64,000 nt of DNA from assembly GCA_016930365.1 (NCBI GenBank), contig JAFGGY010000195.1:4748-68747 (forward strand). Reading direction: 5' to 3'. Shown here piece after piece: positions 1-9,726 of this stretch; positions within the stretch are counted from its first letter, which is position 1, and each line of letters begins with the position of its first letter. The DNA is from Prolixibacteraceae bacterium. Lineage in GTDB: Bacteria; Bacteroidota; Bacteroidia; Bacteroidales; Prolixibacteraceae. The notes under the pieces are model-generated. The model was given only the letters and a program-made list of their open reading frames with translations, ran no database searches and was not told where the DNA came from. Position numbers and translations under genes: made by a program.

Positions 1-452
1 TATGTGCTTAAAATTTCGCGAACTTTCTCAGGGTTTAGTTCCGTATATACTTCATCGTTAATGAGCATGGCAGGAGCTTTGTGACACCAGCCGAGGCAGT
101 TGGTCTGCAATAAGGTGAATTTTCGGTCGGGGGTAGTTTCTCCAACGCCAATTTTTAGCATATCTTCAATGGTAAGTATAATTTGGTTTTTGCCTTTCAT
201 TGAACATGTAATTGTTTTGCAGATCCTGATTACGTATTCCCCCATTTTTTTGTATTCGAGAAATGAATAAAAGGTAGCTGTTCCATATATATCGGCAGCT
301 GGCAGATTCATTTCGTGGGCAATAGCAATCATTGTTTCCTCCGACAAATAACGCTCTTGTTTAATAACTCCCTGTAAAATGGGTAGCAAACTTTCGCGTT
401 GTCTTCCGTACTTGTCGGCTAATGATGAGATTAATTCGGATGGTTGAGCCAT
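1..452 (-). CDS. NuoE/HydC/HndA-like [2Fe-2S] thioredoxin-like subunit, runs off the window edge (3' partial)
   Basis: Manual translation from ATG at 452: MAQPSELISSLADKYGRQRESLLPILQ...GTATFYSF...RICKTITC...TNCLGWCHKAPAMLIND. Shows the Cx4C and Cx3C ligands. Not in the ORF track. Confidence 0.85.
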   Translation of the reverse strand, partial: MAQPSELISSLADKYGRQRESLLPILQGVIKQERYLSEETMIAIAHEMNLPAADIYGTATFYSFLEYKKMGEYVIRICKTITCSMKGKNQIILTIEDMLKIGVGETTPDRKFTLLQTNCLGWCHKAPAMLINDEVYTELNPEKVREILST

Positions 453-599
453 AATCAGGAATTTTTAGGTATAATTCAATTTGTATAGCTGAAACGATGC
501 TATGCAATTTATGAAAGAAAAACCTAAAAGTCCAGATGTAAGTATCAGAAAATAAATGAATTGAATGTGTTATTCAGCACAAGTTGTTTTTGGGAGTTC

Positions 600-1952
600 C
601 TAATAGTCGTAGCTTTTTTTATCGTCTTCGATGGCATTCATTATACATCGAAAACCGATAAAGCTTTTGGCTGAATCCTGGTATTCGAAGTCGCGCGTCG
701 ATACTTCGAGATAGTGGGCAATATCTTTCCACGAACCACCTCTTATTACTTTTCGTTTCAGAGCAGGAGGGTCTTCGGGGGCTGCATCGTAACTATAATC
801 AGGGTTCAATTCGTTTATCAATGCATAGCCCAGCTCATCGTAAGTTGTTCTGGTCCATTCCGAAACATTACCAGCCATATCGTATAAACCGTAATCGTTG
901 GGAGTATAATAGCCAACGGGAGTTGTTTTAGCCGAAATTTTATTATCATCGATATAATTACCTCTCTTCGATTTAAAATTGGCCAGGTAACACCCATCAT
1001 CATCTGCCGTATAATAGCCTCCCCAGGGATATTTTGCGCCCATTCGTCCACCACGGGCGGCATATTCCCATTCGGCTTCGGTAGGTAAACGATACTTTTG
1101 AATGGGCAGGATATTTTGTGCTGCCAGAAATATTTTTTTGTATTCGGTGCGCCAATGGCAAAATGCATTCGCCTGGTCCCAGGTTACGCCTACCACTGGG
1201 TAATTCCTGAACGCCGGATGGTGAAAATAGGTTAGTGTCCAAGGTTCGTTGTACGAATAGGTAAAATCTCTGATCCAAACCAGGGTGTCGGGATATACCG
1301 GTACCATTTTTTCTACAATAAAATCGTGTCTGCCTGAGATATCTCCGTTGTACGATTGTGTTTCGTAATTGTAGCTATTTGTACGCTTAGCCGCTTTGTG
1401 ATAGTCGATGTATGAATATGAGTAAAAAATTTTCCGATAATCAATTTCGTTTCTGCCATAGATGCGTTCATGCTCGGGATAAAATATTGGTTTAATGGCT
1501 TCTTGAACATCATCGCGGTTATCGGTCCATATTTGCCCAATTTTAGCTCGATCGACCACCGGCGGTTCGATGATTTGGTTGTCTTTGTTTTTAGCCATAT
1601 AGTATTCAATGCCTGCTTTAAAAGTAAGGCTTGCTGCTACCGAGTCTTTTATCCAGTTTATAAACTCACGGTATTCATCGTTGGTAATTTCGGTGTCGTC
1701 TATCCAAAACGAATTGATCGAAACATTTCTTATGGGTTGTATTTTACTTTCGCCTGTTTCGTCGTTCATGCCGAGCTTAAACGAACCTTCCTTAACATAA
1801 GTCATACCATAGGGGATGGGTTCGAACCATTGTGGCCGTGCCTTTCCTCGAAGGTCGTGTATGGCAGTTTCCTTTTTGCAAGCTCCCAGCAAGGTGCTTA
1901 CAAGTAAAACTATAATGATATATATAAGGAAGTGTTTGTTCACCGTTTTCAA
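600..1952 (-). CDS. gldK: GldK/PorK-family lipoprotein (FGE-sulfatase domain), second paralog
   Basis: Lipobox LLGAC; PVYPDTLVWIRDFTYSYNEP, YPVVGVTW, RLPTEAEWEYAARGG, GLYDMAGNVSEW, RGGSWKD, GFRC. Collinear with 5695..6996. TTG/GTG start. Confidence 0.85.
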   Translation of the reverse strand: MKTVNKHFLIYIIIVLLVSTLLGACKKETAIHDLRGKARPQWFEPIPYGMTYVKEGSFKLGMNDETGESKIQPIRNVSINSFWIDDTEITNDEYREFINWIKDSVAASLTFKAGIEYYMAKNKDNQIIEPPVVDRAKIGQIWTDNRDDVQEAIKPIFYPEHERIYGRNEIDYRKIFYSYSYIDYHKAAKRTNSYNYETQSYNGDISGRHDFIVEKMVPVYPDTLVWIRDFTYSYNEPWTLTYFHHPAFRNYPVVGVTWDQANAFCHWRTEYKKIFLAAQNILPIQKYRLPTEAEWEYAARGGRMGAKYPWGGYYTADDDGCYLANFKSKRGNYIDDNKISAKTTPVGYYTPNDYGLYDMAGNVSEWTRTTYDELGYALINELNPDYSYDAAPEDPPALKRKVIRGGSWKDIAHYLEVSTRDFEYQDSAKSFIGFRCIMNAIEDDKKSYDY

Positions 1953-1995
1953 TTTGTATGATAACGTGGTTACGAACTATAAATTGTTTCAATTG

Positions 1996-2029
1996 AAAAG
2001 CCCTATGGAAGATTTCCATAAGGCTTTTT
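1996..2029 (-). terminator. Intrinsic terminator after gldN
   Basis: Minus-strand AAAAGCCTTATGGAA-ATC-TTCCATAGGGCTTTT hairpin ~27 nt past the gldN stop. Confidence 0.7.
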
Positions 2030-2055
2030 ATGAAGTTGAATAATTTATGCGTGCA

Positions 2056-2925
2056 TTAGTTTTCCCACAAATCTTGTTCTTTGTCGAAAATTTCAGCTTT
2101 TATGCGTTCCGATTCAAGTTGTGCTTCACGTCCAATCACATAATCGGTAATCATTCGGTCGTTGTAAACATTTGCTTCCTGAACAAAATATGAACTGAAA
2201 TGACGGTAAACAAAAACATCGTCGAACGAATTTGAGGCTTTGTTGTCGATTAGGTTAAATACCGGTACGGTAGCCAGGTACGAACGAGCATCGGGATAAT
2301 AAATCCAGAACATGCGTTCCCGGCGTAGCATGTTGTTATAGGTATATTCCCGAATAGGGCAAATACCGATTATTTCAGAACGAAGTTTTGAGTTCTTTTT
2401 ATCGAAGTACCACACTTCTTTTATCAGTATCTGTTTGATTTCTTCGGGGCGCCAGCGTGTGGTTATTAACGAATCGCGTTCAACACCGGGGCGAATGGTA
2501 ATTGGTGTTATTTCTTCGCGTTTACCAATGTCGCGGATCTCATCAGTATTCAGAATGATATTTTCCGGGTCGAATTCGAACTCATTGTTACTAAGTGGTA
2601 CCCTAAATGCTGTAAAATGGTTGTTTTCGATGCCACTCATTATTGCATTAATGAAGCTTTTCCGTCCGTGCAGTGTATCGGTTGGGTAGTACAACGGAAG
2701 GTTCATTTTTTCGCGTAGGTCGATGATTTCCCAGGTTTCTATTTGCCACAAAACATCGGCATCGCGTACGAAATGGTATTTCATGTTTCTTCGGTTTGCC
2801 AAGTCGTTCTCTTGCTCGTGGGCATCGTAATACGGACTATATTTATCGGTAAACCGAACAGCATCCTGTGCATTTAGCAGAACAGGTAACATGAGTAAAA
2901 ATGTAATTTTAATTATAGCTTTCAT
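2056..2925 (-). CDS. gldN: Gliding motility/T9SS protein GldN/PorN
   Basis: ADVLW...WEIIDLREKMNLPLYYP, IKEVWYFDK, IIGICP, FWIYYP, SFDDVF, ESERIK...EQDLW. Follows gldM. Likely ATG start at 2925. Confidence 0.92.
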   Translation of the reverse strand: MKAIIKITFLLMLPVLLNAQDAVRFTDKYSPYYDAHEQENDLANRRNMKYHFVRDADVLWQIETWEIIDLREKMNLPLYYPTDTLHGRKSFINAIMSGIENNHFTAFRVPLSNNEFEFDPENIILNTDEIRDIGKREEITPITIRPGVERDSLITTRWRPEEIKQILIKEVWYFDKKNSKLRSEIIGICPIREYTYNNMLRRERMFWIYYPDARSYLATVPVFNLIDNKASNSFDDVFVYRHFSSYFVQEANVYNDRMITDYVIGREAQLESERIKAEIFDKEQDLWEN

Positions 2926-2947
2926 ACCAAAAGGTTTTAGCAATTTC

Positions 2948-4588
2948 TTATTGTATGTTTAATGTTATTGAAGGTAACTGTCTTTCCTGATCGTCCTCAA
3001 CATCGCGCATTTTAGCTTTTATGTTTTGAAAAGATACAAGATCACCAGGGCTAAGCCTGTTGAGCAATCTTTTTTGATCGTTTGTAAATGCCCATGAATT
3101 AGATTGCAGGGTTGTAGTCATACCACCTGATGAAGGCATTACCATGTCGAAACTTACAACTACAAACTGTAAATCAAAATCAAAGTCTTCAAGTTCGGCT
3201 ATTATACCATTTTGTACAACCAATCTATCACGGGAAATGTCTCCTTCTGATATACCACTAATTTTAGCAATTGGTGCAGGCACCCGTTTTACCCTGAATA
3301 TCATTTCGCCCATTTCTTTCATTTCTCCGTTTAACTCGGCATTTACAATAATTTTAGTGTTTGTGCCTTCTGGATCCAGTTCATCGGGTTCAACAATCCA
3401 ATGCCCGTTTTCGAACGACTCATCTTTATAAATGGTACCATTGGTACAAACGGGTTGTATTTTGTTTATTGGCACACCGGGTGCTGAAATACTTATGGGG
3501 TTTTGTAAATTTTTGTAAAGTACATTCATTTTGGTAGGCGATACCGTAACTGCCGGACGGGCTACCTGGAAATCGAGTGAAAACGGTTTTGTTCCGTAAC
3601 CATCTCCATCGGGATTCATGTATCGAATTTCGCCATTGTATGAATACTCTCCTGCTTCGTTTGGTTTAATACGGAAAATAGCATCACCATCTTCAATGGG
3701 AAGTGGCGAATTTTGTCCGTTCATATACACCTCTAATTGTTGGGTGCTGTCTTCGGCCGATAAAAATATGCGTGCTTTGTATTCCTGCCCCTGAAATAAA
3801 TAAGTTGCTTCGGGAATAACCGTTGCTTTTAAACCGGTAAACTTAAAGGTCGAAGCATCAATTTGATTGTATAAGTGTCGTAAAATAGCCGATTCGGCAT
3901 TTCGTACATCAATTTGTAATTTCGACAACAGGGTAATGGCTGCCACTACCGGTGTTGCTTCAAAATTTTGTTGTACCCAGGTGCGATATGAAGATCCTTT
4001 TTGTGTTTCGTCTTTTTCAGGGTCATCAACATCTAACGATGAATGCAAGGTTTCAAGCAACTGAGGATGATTATCTACAATCTGAGCCATTTCCTGTTTA
4101 TATATGCTAATTGTTTCCTGTAATTTAGCACCCTGACCATGAGTAAGCATTAATTCCGGACTGGCATTCAGGTCGTCCTGGCGTTCAACAATTAAAGTGT
4201 CGTTGTTGTTTGTTACAATATAAGGAAAGGTGGGATTTAAATCCTCGTCAGGGTTTTTAGGTTCTGCATTAACCGCTTTGGCCATCATTTCTTTGGTGTC
4301 GATAATGAAGGCAATCAAGGAATCGCTTTTAGCGTGTACTTCGTTTGCTTTTTCACGCCATTGCCCTACTTTTTCCTGATTCAATTCGTAGGCGCTGTTA
4401 AAGTCAGATATAATAGTATTGTTTTTGTCAGAAAAGCTCAGATAGGTTTTCATCAAGCTTGAATCAACAATCTTGAAGGCATACAAAGTTTCTGCAGCAA
4501 CATTTAATGCCAACATAGCTGTTAGCACTAAATACATCATATTAATCATTTTCTGCCGGGGAGTTTCCGGACAATTCTTTGTTCCCAT
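2948..4588 (-). CDS. gldM: Gliding motility/T9SS motor protein GldM/PorM
   Basis: ETPRQKMINMMYLVLTAMLALNV N-terminus; PVVAAITLLSKLQIDVRNAE; KMNVLY..LQNPISIS; FRVK.VP.P. Confidence 0.96.
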   Translation of the reverse strand: MGTKNCPETPRQKMINMMYLVLTAMLALNVAAETLYAFKIVDSSLMKTYLSFSDKNNTIISDFNSAYELNQEKVGQWREKANEVHAKSDSLIAFIIDTKEMMAKAVNAEPKNPDEDLNPTFPYIVTNNNDTLIVERQDDLNASPELMLTHGQGAKLQETISIYKQEMAQIVDNHPQLLETLHSSLDVDDPEKDETQKGSSYRTWVQQNFEATPVVAAITLLSKLQIDVRNAESAILRHLYNQIDASTFKFTGLKATVIPEATYLFQGQEYKARIFLSAEDSTQQLEVYMNGQNSPLPIEDGDAIFRIKPNEAGEYSYNGEIRYMNPDGDGYGTKPFSLDFQVARPAVTVSPTKMNVLYKNLQNPISISAPGVPINKIQPVCTNGTIYKDESFENGHWIVEPDELDPEGTNTKIIVNAELNGEMKEMGEMIFRVKRVPAPIAKISGISEGDISRDRLVVQNGIIAELEDFDFDLQFVVVSFDMVMPSSGGMTTTLQSNSWAFTNDQKRLLNRLSPGDLVSFQNIKAKMRDVEDDQERQLPSITLNIQ

Positions 4589-4604
4589 ATGCTACTATTC
4601 TGCT

Positions 4605-5645
4605 TTAGCTTTTGCTGTTCAATGCACCCAGCATTCTACCATAGATAGAGTTCAACTCCTGGATGTTTTTATTAATTTCTTTAGTGTTTTCTGCAAATTT
4701 ATTGGTCTCTTCGATGGATTGACCAATGAGTTTTCCAATTTTCTCTACCCCTTTCGAGTAGTTTCCAACCATTTCGTCAACCTTTTCGGCTCCCTTCAGG
4801 TGCAATTCGTAGGCTGCATTAATAGCCGCCATGTTTTTATTGAGCTTGTCGAGATTCGAAGTGTAATTTCCGGTTTCTTTTTCGAGGCCTTTAAACCCGT
4901 TTGATAATGAATTAGCCACTGCCTTATACGATGCATCGAGTTCTCCGGTTGTTTTTTTAATGTTCCCCGAAAAATCGTTGCTGGCTTGTTCCATAGTTTT
5001 AGCAGTAATTTCCGACTTCTCGGTAAAAGCTTTAGTGCTTTGCCCCAGCGAAGAAGAAAAATCATTAACGGTATCGGCTGCTTTGTGGTATGATTCCGAA
5101 ATATTTTCAGCTCCCTTTTTCATGGTTTCCGATACGCTTTTATTGGCTTCAACAACTGTCCCGATGGATTCGGATGCTTCGTTCAGATTTTTTACGAAAT
5201 TATCGGTAGCCACCGTTGTGTCGGCAATTTTTTTCAATCCTTTGGCTGTTTCCGAAAGGTTTTGGAAACTTGCGTTCAGGTTTTCAAGCTCTTTGGATGA
5301 GATATTTGCAACAGAAGTACCACCCGCTGAACCTCCACCTCCAAAAAAATTTGGATATAAATTGTCCATTTCAATATGCCGGGTTTTATCTCTTTCGCTT
5401 TCTTCGCCTGTACGCAATTGCGGATAGATAACTTTCCAGTCGGGCAACTCCATTAAAGGTTCAAACGCCGAAATAAAGAAGATAATCGCTTCAATCGATA
5501 ATCCAACTCCAAGGAAAACACTGGCACCGGGCAGGTGTTCCAGTTTAAATAATGCTCCAATCAACACCACCGAAGCTCCCCAGCTATAAATATAGTTCTG
5601 CATGAGCTTCCAACGTTTCGAATGCAAAAAATCTCCAATGTTCAT
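4605..5645 (-). CDS. gldL: Gliding motility/T9SS motor protein GldL/PorL
   Basis: YSWGASVVLIGALFKL.H, GLSIEAIIFFISAFEP, PDW..IYPQL; coiled-coil middle; C-terminal LNSIYGRML.A. Confidence 0.95.
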   Translation of the reverse strand: MNIGDFLHSKRWKLMQNYIYSWGASVVLIGALFKLEHLPGASVFLGVGLSIEAIIFFISAFEPLMELPDWKVIYPQLRTGEESERDKTRHIEMDNLYPNFFGGGGSAGGTSVANISSKELENLNASFQNLSETAKGLKKIADTTVATDNFVKNLNEASESIGTVVEANKSVSETMKKGAENISESYHKAADTVNDFSSSLGQSTKAFTEKSEITAKTMEQASNDFSGNIKKTTGELDASYKAVANSLSNGFKGLEKETGNYTSNLDKLNKNMAAINAAYELHLKGAEKVDEMVGNYSKGVEKIGKLIGQSIEETNKFAENTKEINKNIQELNSIYGRMLGALNSKS

Positions 5646-5694
5646 CTTCTTATAATTTTACTAAGTCTTTTTCAACCAATTAATACTTTATATT

Positions 5695-6996
5695 TTAAAA
5701 TTCGTTTCCAAACGAAGTACGTACACATCTGAACCCGATATATGACGTGGCAGAATCCTGGTACTCGTAAGTTTGAGTTGAAACCTGTATGTAGTAATTA
5801 ACATCTTTCCACGATCCACCCCGTATAACTTTCCGTTTTAAAGCCGGTGGGTCATCATCGGCAGCGTCGTATTGAAAATCGGGGTTTAGTTCGTTCACCA
5901 TACCTTGTGCCAATTCGTCATAAGCTGTTTTTGTCCATTCAGCTACGTTGCCGGCCATGTCGTATAATCCAAAGTCGTTTGGTGGATATTCGGCAACTTT
6001 CATGGTGTACATGCCTCCATCTTCGGAATAGTTACCACGCATAGGTTTATAGTTGGCCATAAATTCGCCCATTTGATTGCGCGAATAATAGCCTCCCCAG
6101 GGATACATGGCATTTAGCAGCCCACCACGGGCAGCATATTCCCATTCGTATTCGGATGGCAGACGGTATTCCATAACAGTAGCACTGCCTGTTTTAGAAA
6201 AGTATTCATTTTGTCGTTGCGTACGCCAATTACAGAAAGCTTTAGCTTGTTTCCAGGTAACGCCCACCACCGGGTAGTTGTCGAAACCGGGATGCCAGTT
6301 GTAAGTACTGGTACGTGGTTCGTTGTATGAGTAAGTGAAATCGCGAATCCACACTAATGTATCGGGATATACGTGCGTTCTTTCGCGTACAATAAAGTCG
6401 GAACGATCGTTAATATCTCCACCATATCGTTGTTCGGCATAATTGTACATGTTTGAACGTTTAGCCGCTTTCTGATAATCCTTCCATGAGTAATCGTAGA
6501 AAAGTTTACGGGTGTCAATTTCGCGTTTGCCGTAAAAACGTTCATGAGCTGGCATATAGAGATCTTCGAGAGCCAATGTGTCGCTCCAGTCGATAGGCTC
6601 ATCCCAGTTCAGGCCTATGTAGTTGCCATCGATATCGAGATTGGCATAATACTGGGCATTCGCATTTGAGCTGTTGTAAAGCAGTTTGCGGGCAATGGAA
6701 TCGCGAACGTAGTTGGTAAACATTCGATACTCGTTGTTGGTTATTTCGGTATCGTCCATCCAGAATGCCTCGATTGAAATGTTTCGCGTGGGTGTGATTT
6801 TGCTGGTTGGGTCTTCGTCACTAGGGCCGATACGAATCGCGCCTCTTTTAACGAAAGCCATACCAAAAGGAACTGGTTCGAACCATGATCCACGTGAATG
6901 TGTTGCTCCTGTTAATTCGCCGCTCTCGCCCGATTGCGAACAACTGGCGAAAAAAACGATGGCAGCCAATGCAAAGATTAATGTATAGTTTTTCAT
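5695..6996 (-). CDS. gldK: Gliding motility/T9SS lipoprotein GldK/PorK
   Basis: Probable start MKNYTL at 6996 with lipobox FASC followed by SGELTG; PFGMAF, FWMDDTEITN, YPDTLVW and FGE motifs; lies between porP and gldL. Confidence 0.93.
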   Translation of the reverse strand: MKNYTLIFALAAIVFFASCSQSGESGELTGATHSRGSWFEPVPFGMAFVKRGAIRIGPSDEDPTSKITPTRNISIEAFWMDDTEITNNEYRMFTNYVRDSIARKLLYNSSNANAQYYANLDIDGNYIGLNWDEPIDWSDTLALEDLYMPAHERFYGKREIDTRKLFYDYSWKDYQKAAKRSNMYNYAEQRYGGDINDRSDFIVRERTHVYPDTLVWIRDFTYSYNEPRTSTYNWHPGFDNYPVVGVTWKQAKAFCNWRTQRQNEYFSKTGSATVMEYRLPSEYEWEYAARGGLLNAMYPWGGYYSRNQMGEFMANYKPMRGNYSEDGGMYTMKVAEYPPNDFGLYDMAGNVAEWTKTAYDELAQGMVNELNPDFQYDAADDDPPALKRKVIRGGSWKDVNYYIQVSTQTYEYQDSATSYIGFRCVRTSFGNEF

Positions 6997-7152
6997 TGGT
7001 AATGATTTTTTTTCAGAATACAAAAGCCGCCTGTTTTGTTGACAGGAAGCTTCATTGGTTCGGTTAAAATCGTTTATGTGTTGTAACTCGTTTATTCGAT
7101 TTTCATTTTTATTTATCAAGCGCAACTGATTCATAGTGTTATGTTTAAGGTA

Positions 7153-8130
7153 CTATAGATATCGAATGCTTTTATAACGCTGATTTCGTTTTGTTTCGAT
7201 TGTAAAGGAATACGATACTAAAATTTCGTGCGATGTTGGTGCAACAAGCATCATATTTCCTGTGTTAATGTCGAGCATATAACTAATTTTTAAACCATTG
7301 AACAACTCAGTGCCGCCCAAAAAGTTAAATGCCTGAAAATTAAGGGGCGAAACGCGTAATCCAAAACCAGCCCAGTACTTTTCTTTAAAATATGTTGTGC
7401 CGTTTACATCGAGTGTAAATCCGGCTAAGTCACTTCTCAATATAAATGACGGTTGCAAGTCAAATAACGGATCAGGAAGCTCAATATTGTATGCGCCGCT
7501 TAAATAGTAATGAGGTACGTTGTACGATGAATTGTACTCCTCATTGTTTTCAGTTCGGTACAAATGCTTCGAGCGGTTCAGGTTTGTGGCTGCCAACCCC
7601 AGGTAATAGTCGCTGGTTTCGTAATACACTCCCAGACCAACTCCCATTGTTATGGTCGATAGCTCTGAGCCTACAGGCACTGTCAGGTCGGATGTTGCAT
7701 CTTCCCAAAAATCGCCTTGGCTGGATGTCCAGTTTGGGTTCATGCTAAAATTTGAAACCCGGAATGAAACTCCCATGCCTAATGTTCCATTGCTTAATGG
7801 ATGGTGGTAGGCATATTTGGCATCAATATCAACATTGTCGTAAAACCCAAATTTATCGCTAACAATCATAAGGCCTAATCCATTTTTTGCTCCCAAAATG
7901 TCAACAGGGGCTTCAACCCCAAACACGGATGTTACCGGCTTTCCATCGCCGAAACCTGCAAACATTGTCCGGTTCAGGAACATTGCGTTCACAGAGTTTC
8001 CGGATCCAACAAAACCGGGGTTAGCAAGATGCTTAGAGAGCATATACGTGCTATATAACGGTTCTTGTTGTGCTTTTGCTGCTAAATTAATTAATATTAA
8101 TAAAATAAAAAAAGAAAAATAACATTTCAT
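7153..8130 (-). CDS. porP: PorP/SprF-family T9SS outer-membrane beta-barrel
   Basis: AQQEPLYSTYM...NPGFVG, HYYLSGAY, QPSFILRSD, SHEILVSY; immediately upstream of gldK. Confidence 0.88.
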   Translation of the reverse strand: MKCYFSFFILLILINLAAKAQQEPLYSTYMLSKHLANPGFVGSGNSVNAMFLNRTMFAGFGDGKPVTSVFGVEAPVDILGAKNGLGLMIVSDKFGFYDNVDIDAKYAYHHPLSNGTLGMGVSFRVSNFSMNPNWTSSQGDFWEDATSDLTVPVGSELSTITMGVGLGVYYETSDYYLGLAATNLNRSKHLYRTENNEEYNSSYNVPHYYLSGAYNIELPDPLFDLQPSFILRSDLAGFTLDVNGTTYFKEKYWAGFGLRVSPLNFQAFNFLGGTELFNGLKISYMLDINTGNMMLVAPTSHEILVSYSFTIETKRNQRYKSIRYL

Positions 8131-8235
8131 AAAACCTTCTCCGCCTTTTAAATAAAGGACACGATGCGAACAAAAATAAAACAATTAATTTTTCAACACC
8201 TATTAATTTAAAATAAATCGCATTTTTCATGAAAT

Positions 8236-9444
8236 TTATTTTTGAGAGCTTGATGCAATTTTTTTAAAATTGATCCACCACCGCTCTGGAATTTCATTGT
8301 TACATGCACATTTATAATCGTTTTCGGTGCACGAAACAATAATCATTTCGTCTGTTTCCGGGTGTTTGTTTATTGTTTTAATTTCAATCCACCATCGTTC
8401 CGTTTTGTTGCTTTTATAAAAAACGATGGGGAAATCAATTTCGTCTATTTGTACTTCAAATTTTTTACAGTCGTTTAACGAACCCTTAGGGTACTCGTGT
8501 TTTCGATGTTGGTATCCATCGATATAATACCATATTATTTGGGCGGCTAATTTACTGGTTATTTTGTTATTATCAATGTTTTTATGGGTGTAGGTGCCAA
8601 AAAAGTGAAATATTTGTGTTTTATCGCTAATTCCGGCATATCTCGATAGCTGGCAGGCTTCATCGGCATACAATCCGTTTGGCGATCCTTCAAATAGCTC
8701 TGGTGCGTCCTGAATTCGTACCGACAACATGTTGAAGTTAGCAATGTCGGCATCGCGAAAGGACGGCTCGATGCTTTTTATATCTTTTCGGATTGTTCCT
8801 AAGCGGTAGTGTTCAAAATATTGGCTGTTTAGATAGCTGATTTGCCGGGGGCTGGTGAAGTACGATTGATAGGCCAGGCTTGTAATGTTATATATGTGGT
8901 TCCCAAAATGATGTAATGCAGGGCTAAGAATGGCTTCTTTGTCGATATCGTCAGATGGTAAATCGATGCTTATGTGTGAGGAGACATCTGCAATATTCAG
9001 GTTGTTGTCAAATGTGGAAAATGCTTCAATTATACCTTGAATTGACTGAGGCCTGGTGCTCAAAATAACAATATTTATTTTCAGATTTAAAAGTATGGTG
9101 CATACTTCGTTAATTGCAAACAGCATATCACCGGATTTTGAACCGGTTTTTAGATTCCCCAGATCGGCAATTTTTACGGTGGAATGATTTTTTTTCAGGC
9201 GATAAAATTGCTCTCTGATTTGTTGAGGCATTGAATTATTGTAAGAATTGCCTGTATCCGACTCGGCAACTGTGAAGATTGCCATTTCAAACCGATCGTT
9301 AATTGTAATGGGGTGTGCGAGGTTGTTGATGATTATACTATTTCCAACCGACCCCGAATCGGTAAGATACGTGAGATCCGAAAACTCATTTAACTCAAGC
9401 GGAGAAAAATAGCTTAACAATTCATTTATTTTTTCGCCAGACAT
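8236..9444 (-). CDS. Arginase/formimidoylglutamase-fold protein, metal-binding motifs degenerate
   Basis: IREQFYRL, IADLGNL, AYQSYF, YRLG, SPNGLYADEACQLSRYAGISDK, LAAQIIWY, FYKS.KT.RWW, IPERW. Confidence 0.8.
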   Translation of the reverse strand: MSGEKINELLSYFSPLELNEFSDLTYLTDSGSVGNSIIINNLAHPITINDRFEMAIFTVAESDTGNSYNNSMPQQIREQFYRLKKNHSTVKIADLGNLKTGSKSGDMLFAINEVCTILLNLKINIVILSTRPQSIQGIIEAFSTFDNNLNIADVSSHISIDLPSDDIDKEAILSPALHHFGNHIYNITSLAYQSYFTSPRQISYLNSQYFEHYRLGTIRKDIKSIEPSFRDADIANFNMLSVRIQDAPELFEGSPNGLYADEACQLSRYAGISDKTQIFHFFGTYTHKNIDNNKITSKLAAQIIWYYIDGYQHRKHEYPKGSLNDCKKFEVQIDEIDFPIVFYKSNKTERWWIEIKTINKHPETDEMIIVSCTENDYKCACNNEIPERWWINFKKIASSSQK

Positions 9445-9470
9445 TTTTGTTGTTGAAAGTACAATAATAA

Positions 9471-9512
9471 AATAAAAAACCAAAAGTATATTTTCTCTTT
9501 TGGTTTTTTATT
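9471..9512. promoter_or_regulatory. Perfect 16-bp inverted repeat overlapping a TAnnTTTG promoter box
   Basis: AATAAAAAACCAAAAG-TATATTTTCT-CTTTTGGTTTTTTATT; minus-strand TACTTTTG at 9481-9488. Confidence 0.5.
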
Positions 9513-9551
9513 CATTAATTATACGGTCAATATATGTATTGTGGTTACAGT

Positions 9552-9681
9552 CAATAGGTCGTTAGATTATAGACATGAGACTTATTTTGTAACAAATTTA
9601 ATGTCGGCAATTTATATAGTTGAATTAGTGCGACACAAACACAACATTGCCATCGACTTAAGGAATAGCAACGAACTGCTG
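9552..9681 (+). repeat. MITE-like dispersed repeat, copy A (degenerate)
   Basis: CAATAGGTCGTTAGATTATAGACATGAGAC...AATGTCGGCAA...CATTGCCATCGACTTAAG...CAACGAACTGCTG; aligns by eye with 62843..62979. Confidence 0.75.
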
Positions 9682-9726
9682 TAGTGGTTTTTAAACAAAA
9701 ACGAGCTATTCGATTTAGAAAAGGGA

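Noticed and set aside
1970-1981. TTACGAACTATA upstream of the second gldK, similar to the repeat TIR
   Set aside because: A single short match with no partner end or internal blocks; could be chance.
6997-7134. Extended N-terminus of gldK
   Set aside because: The lipoprotein signal peptide begins at MKNYTL (6996); the upstream residues look non-coding.
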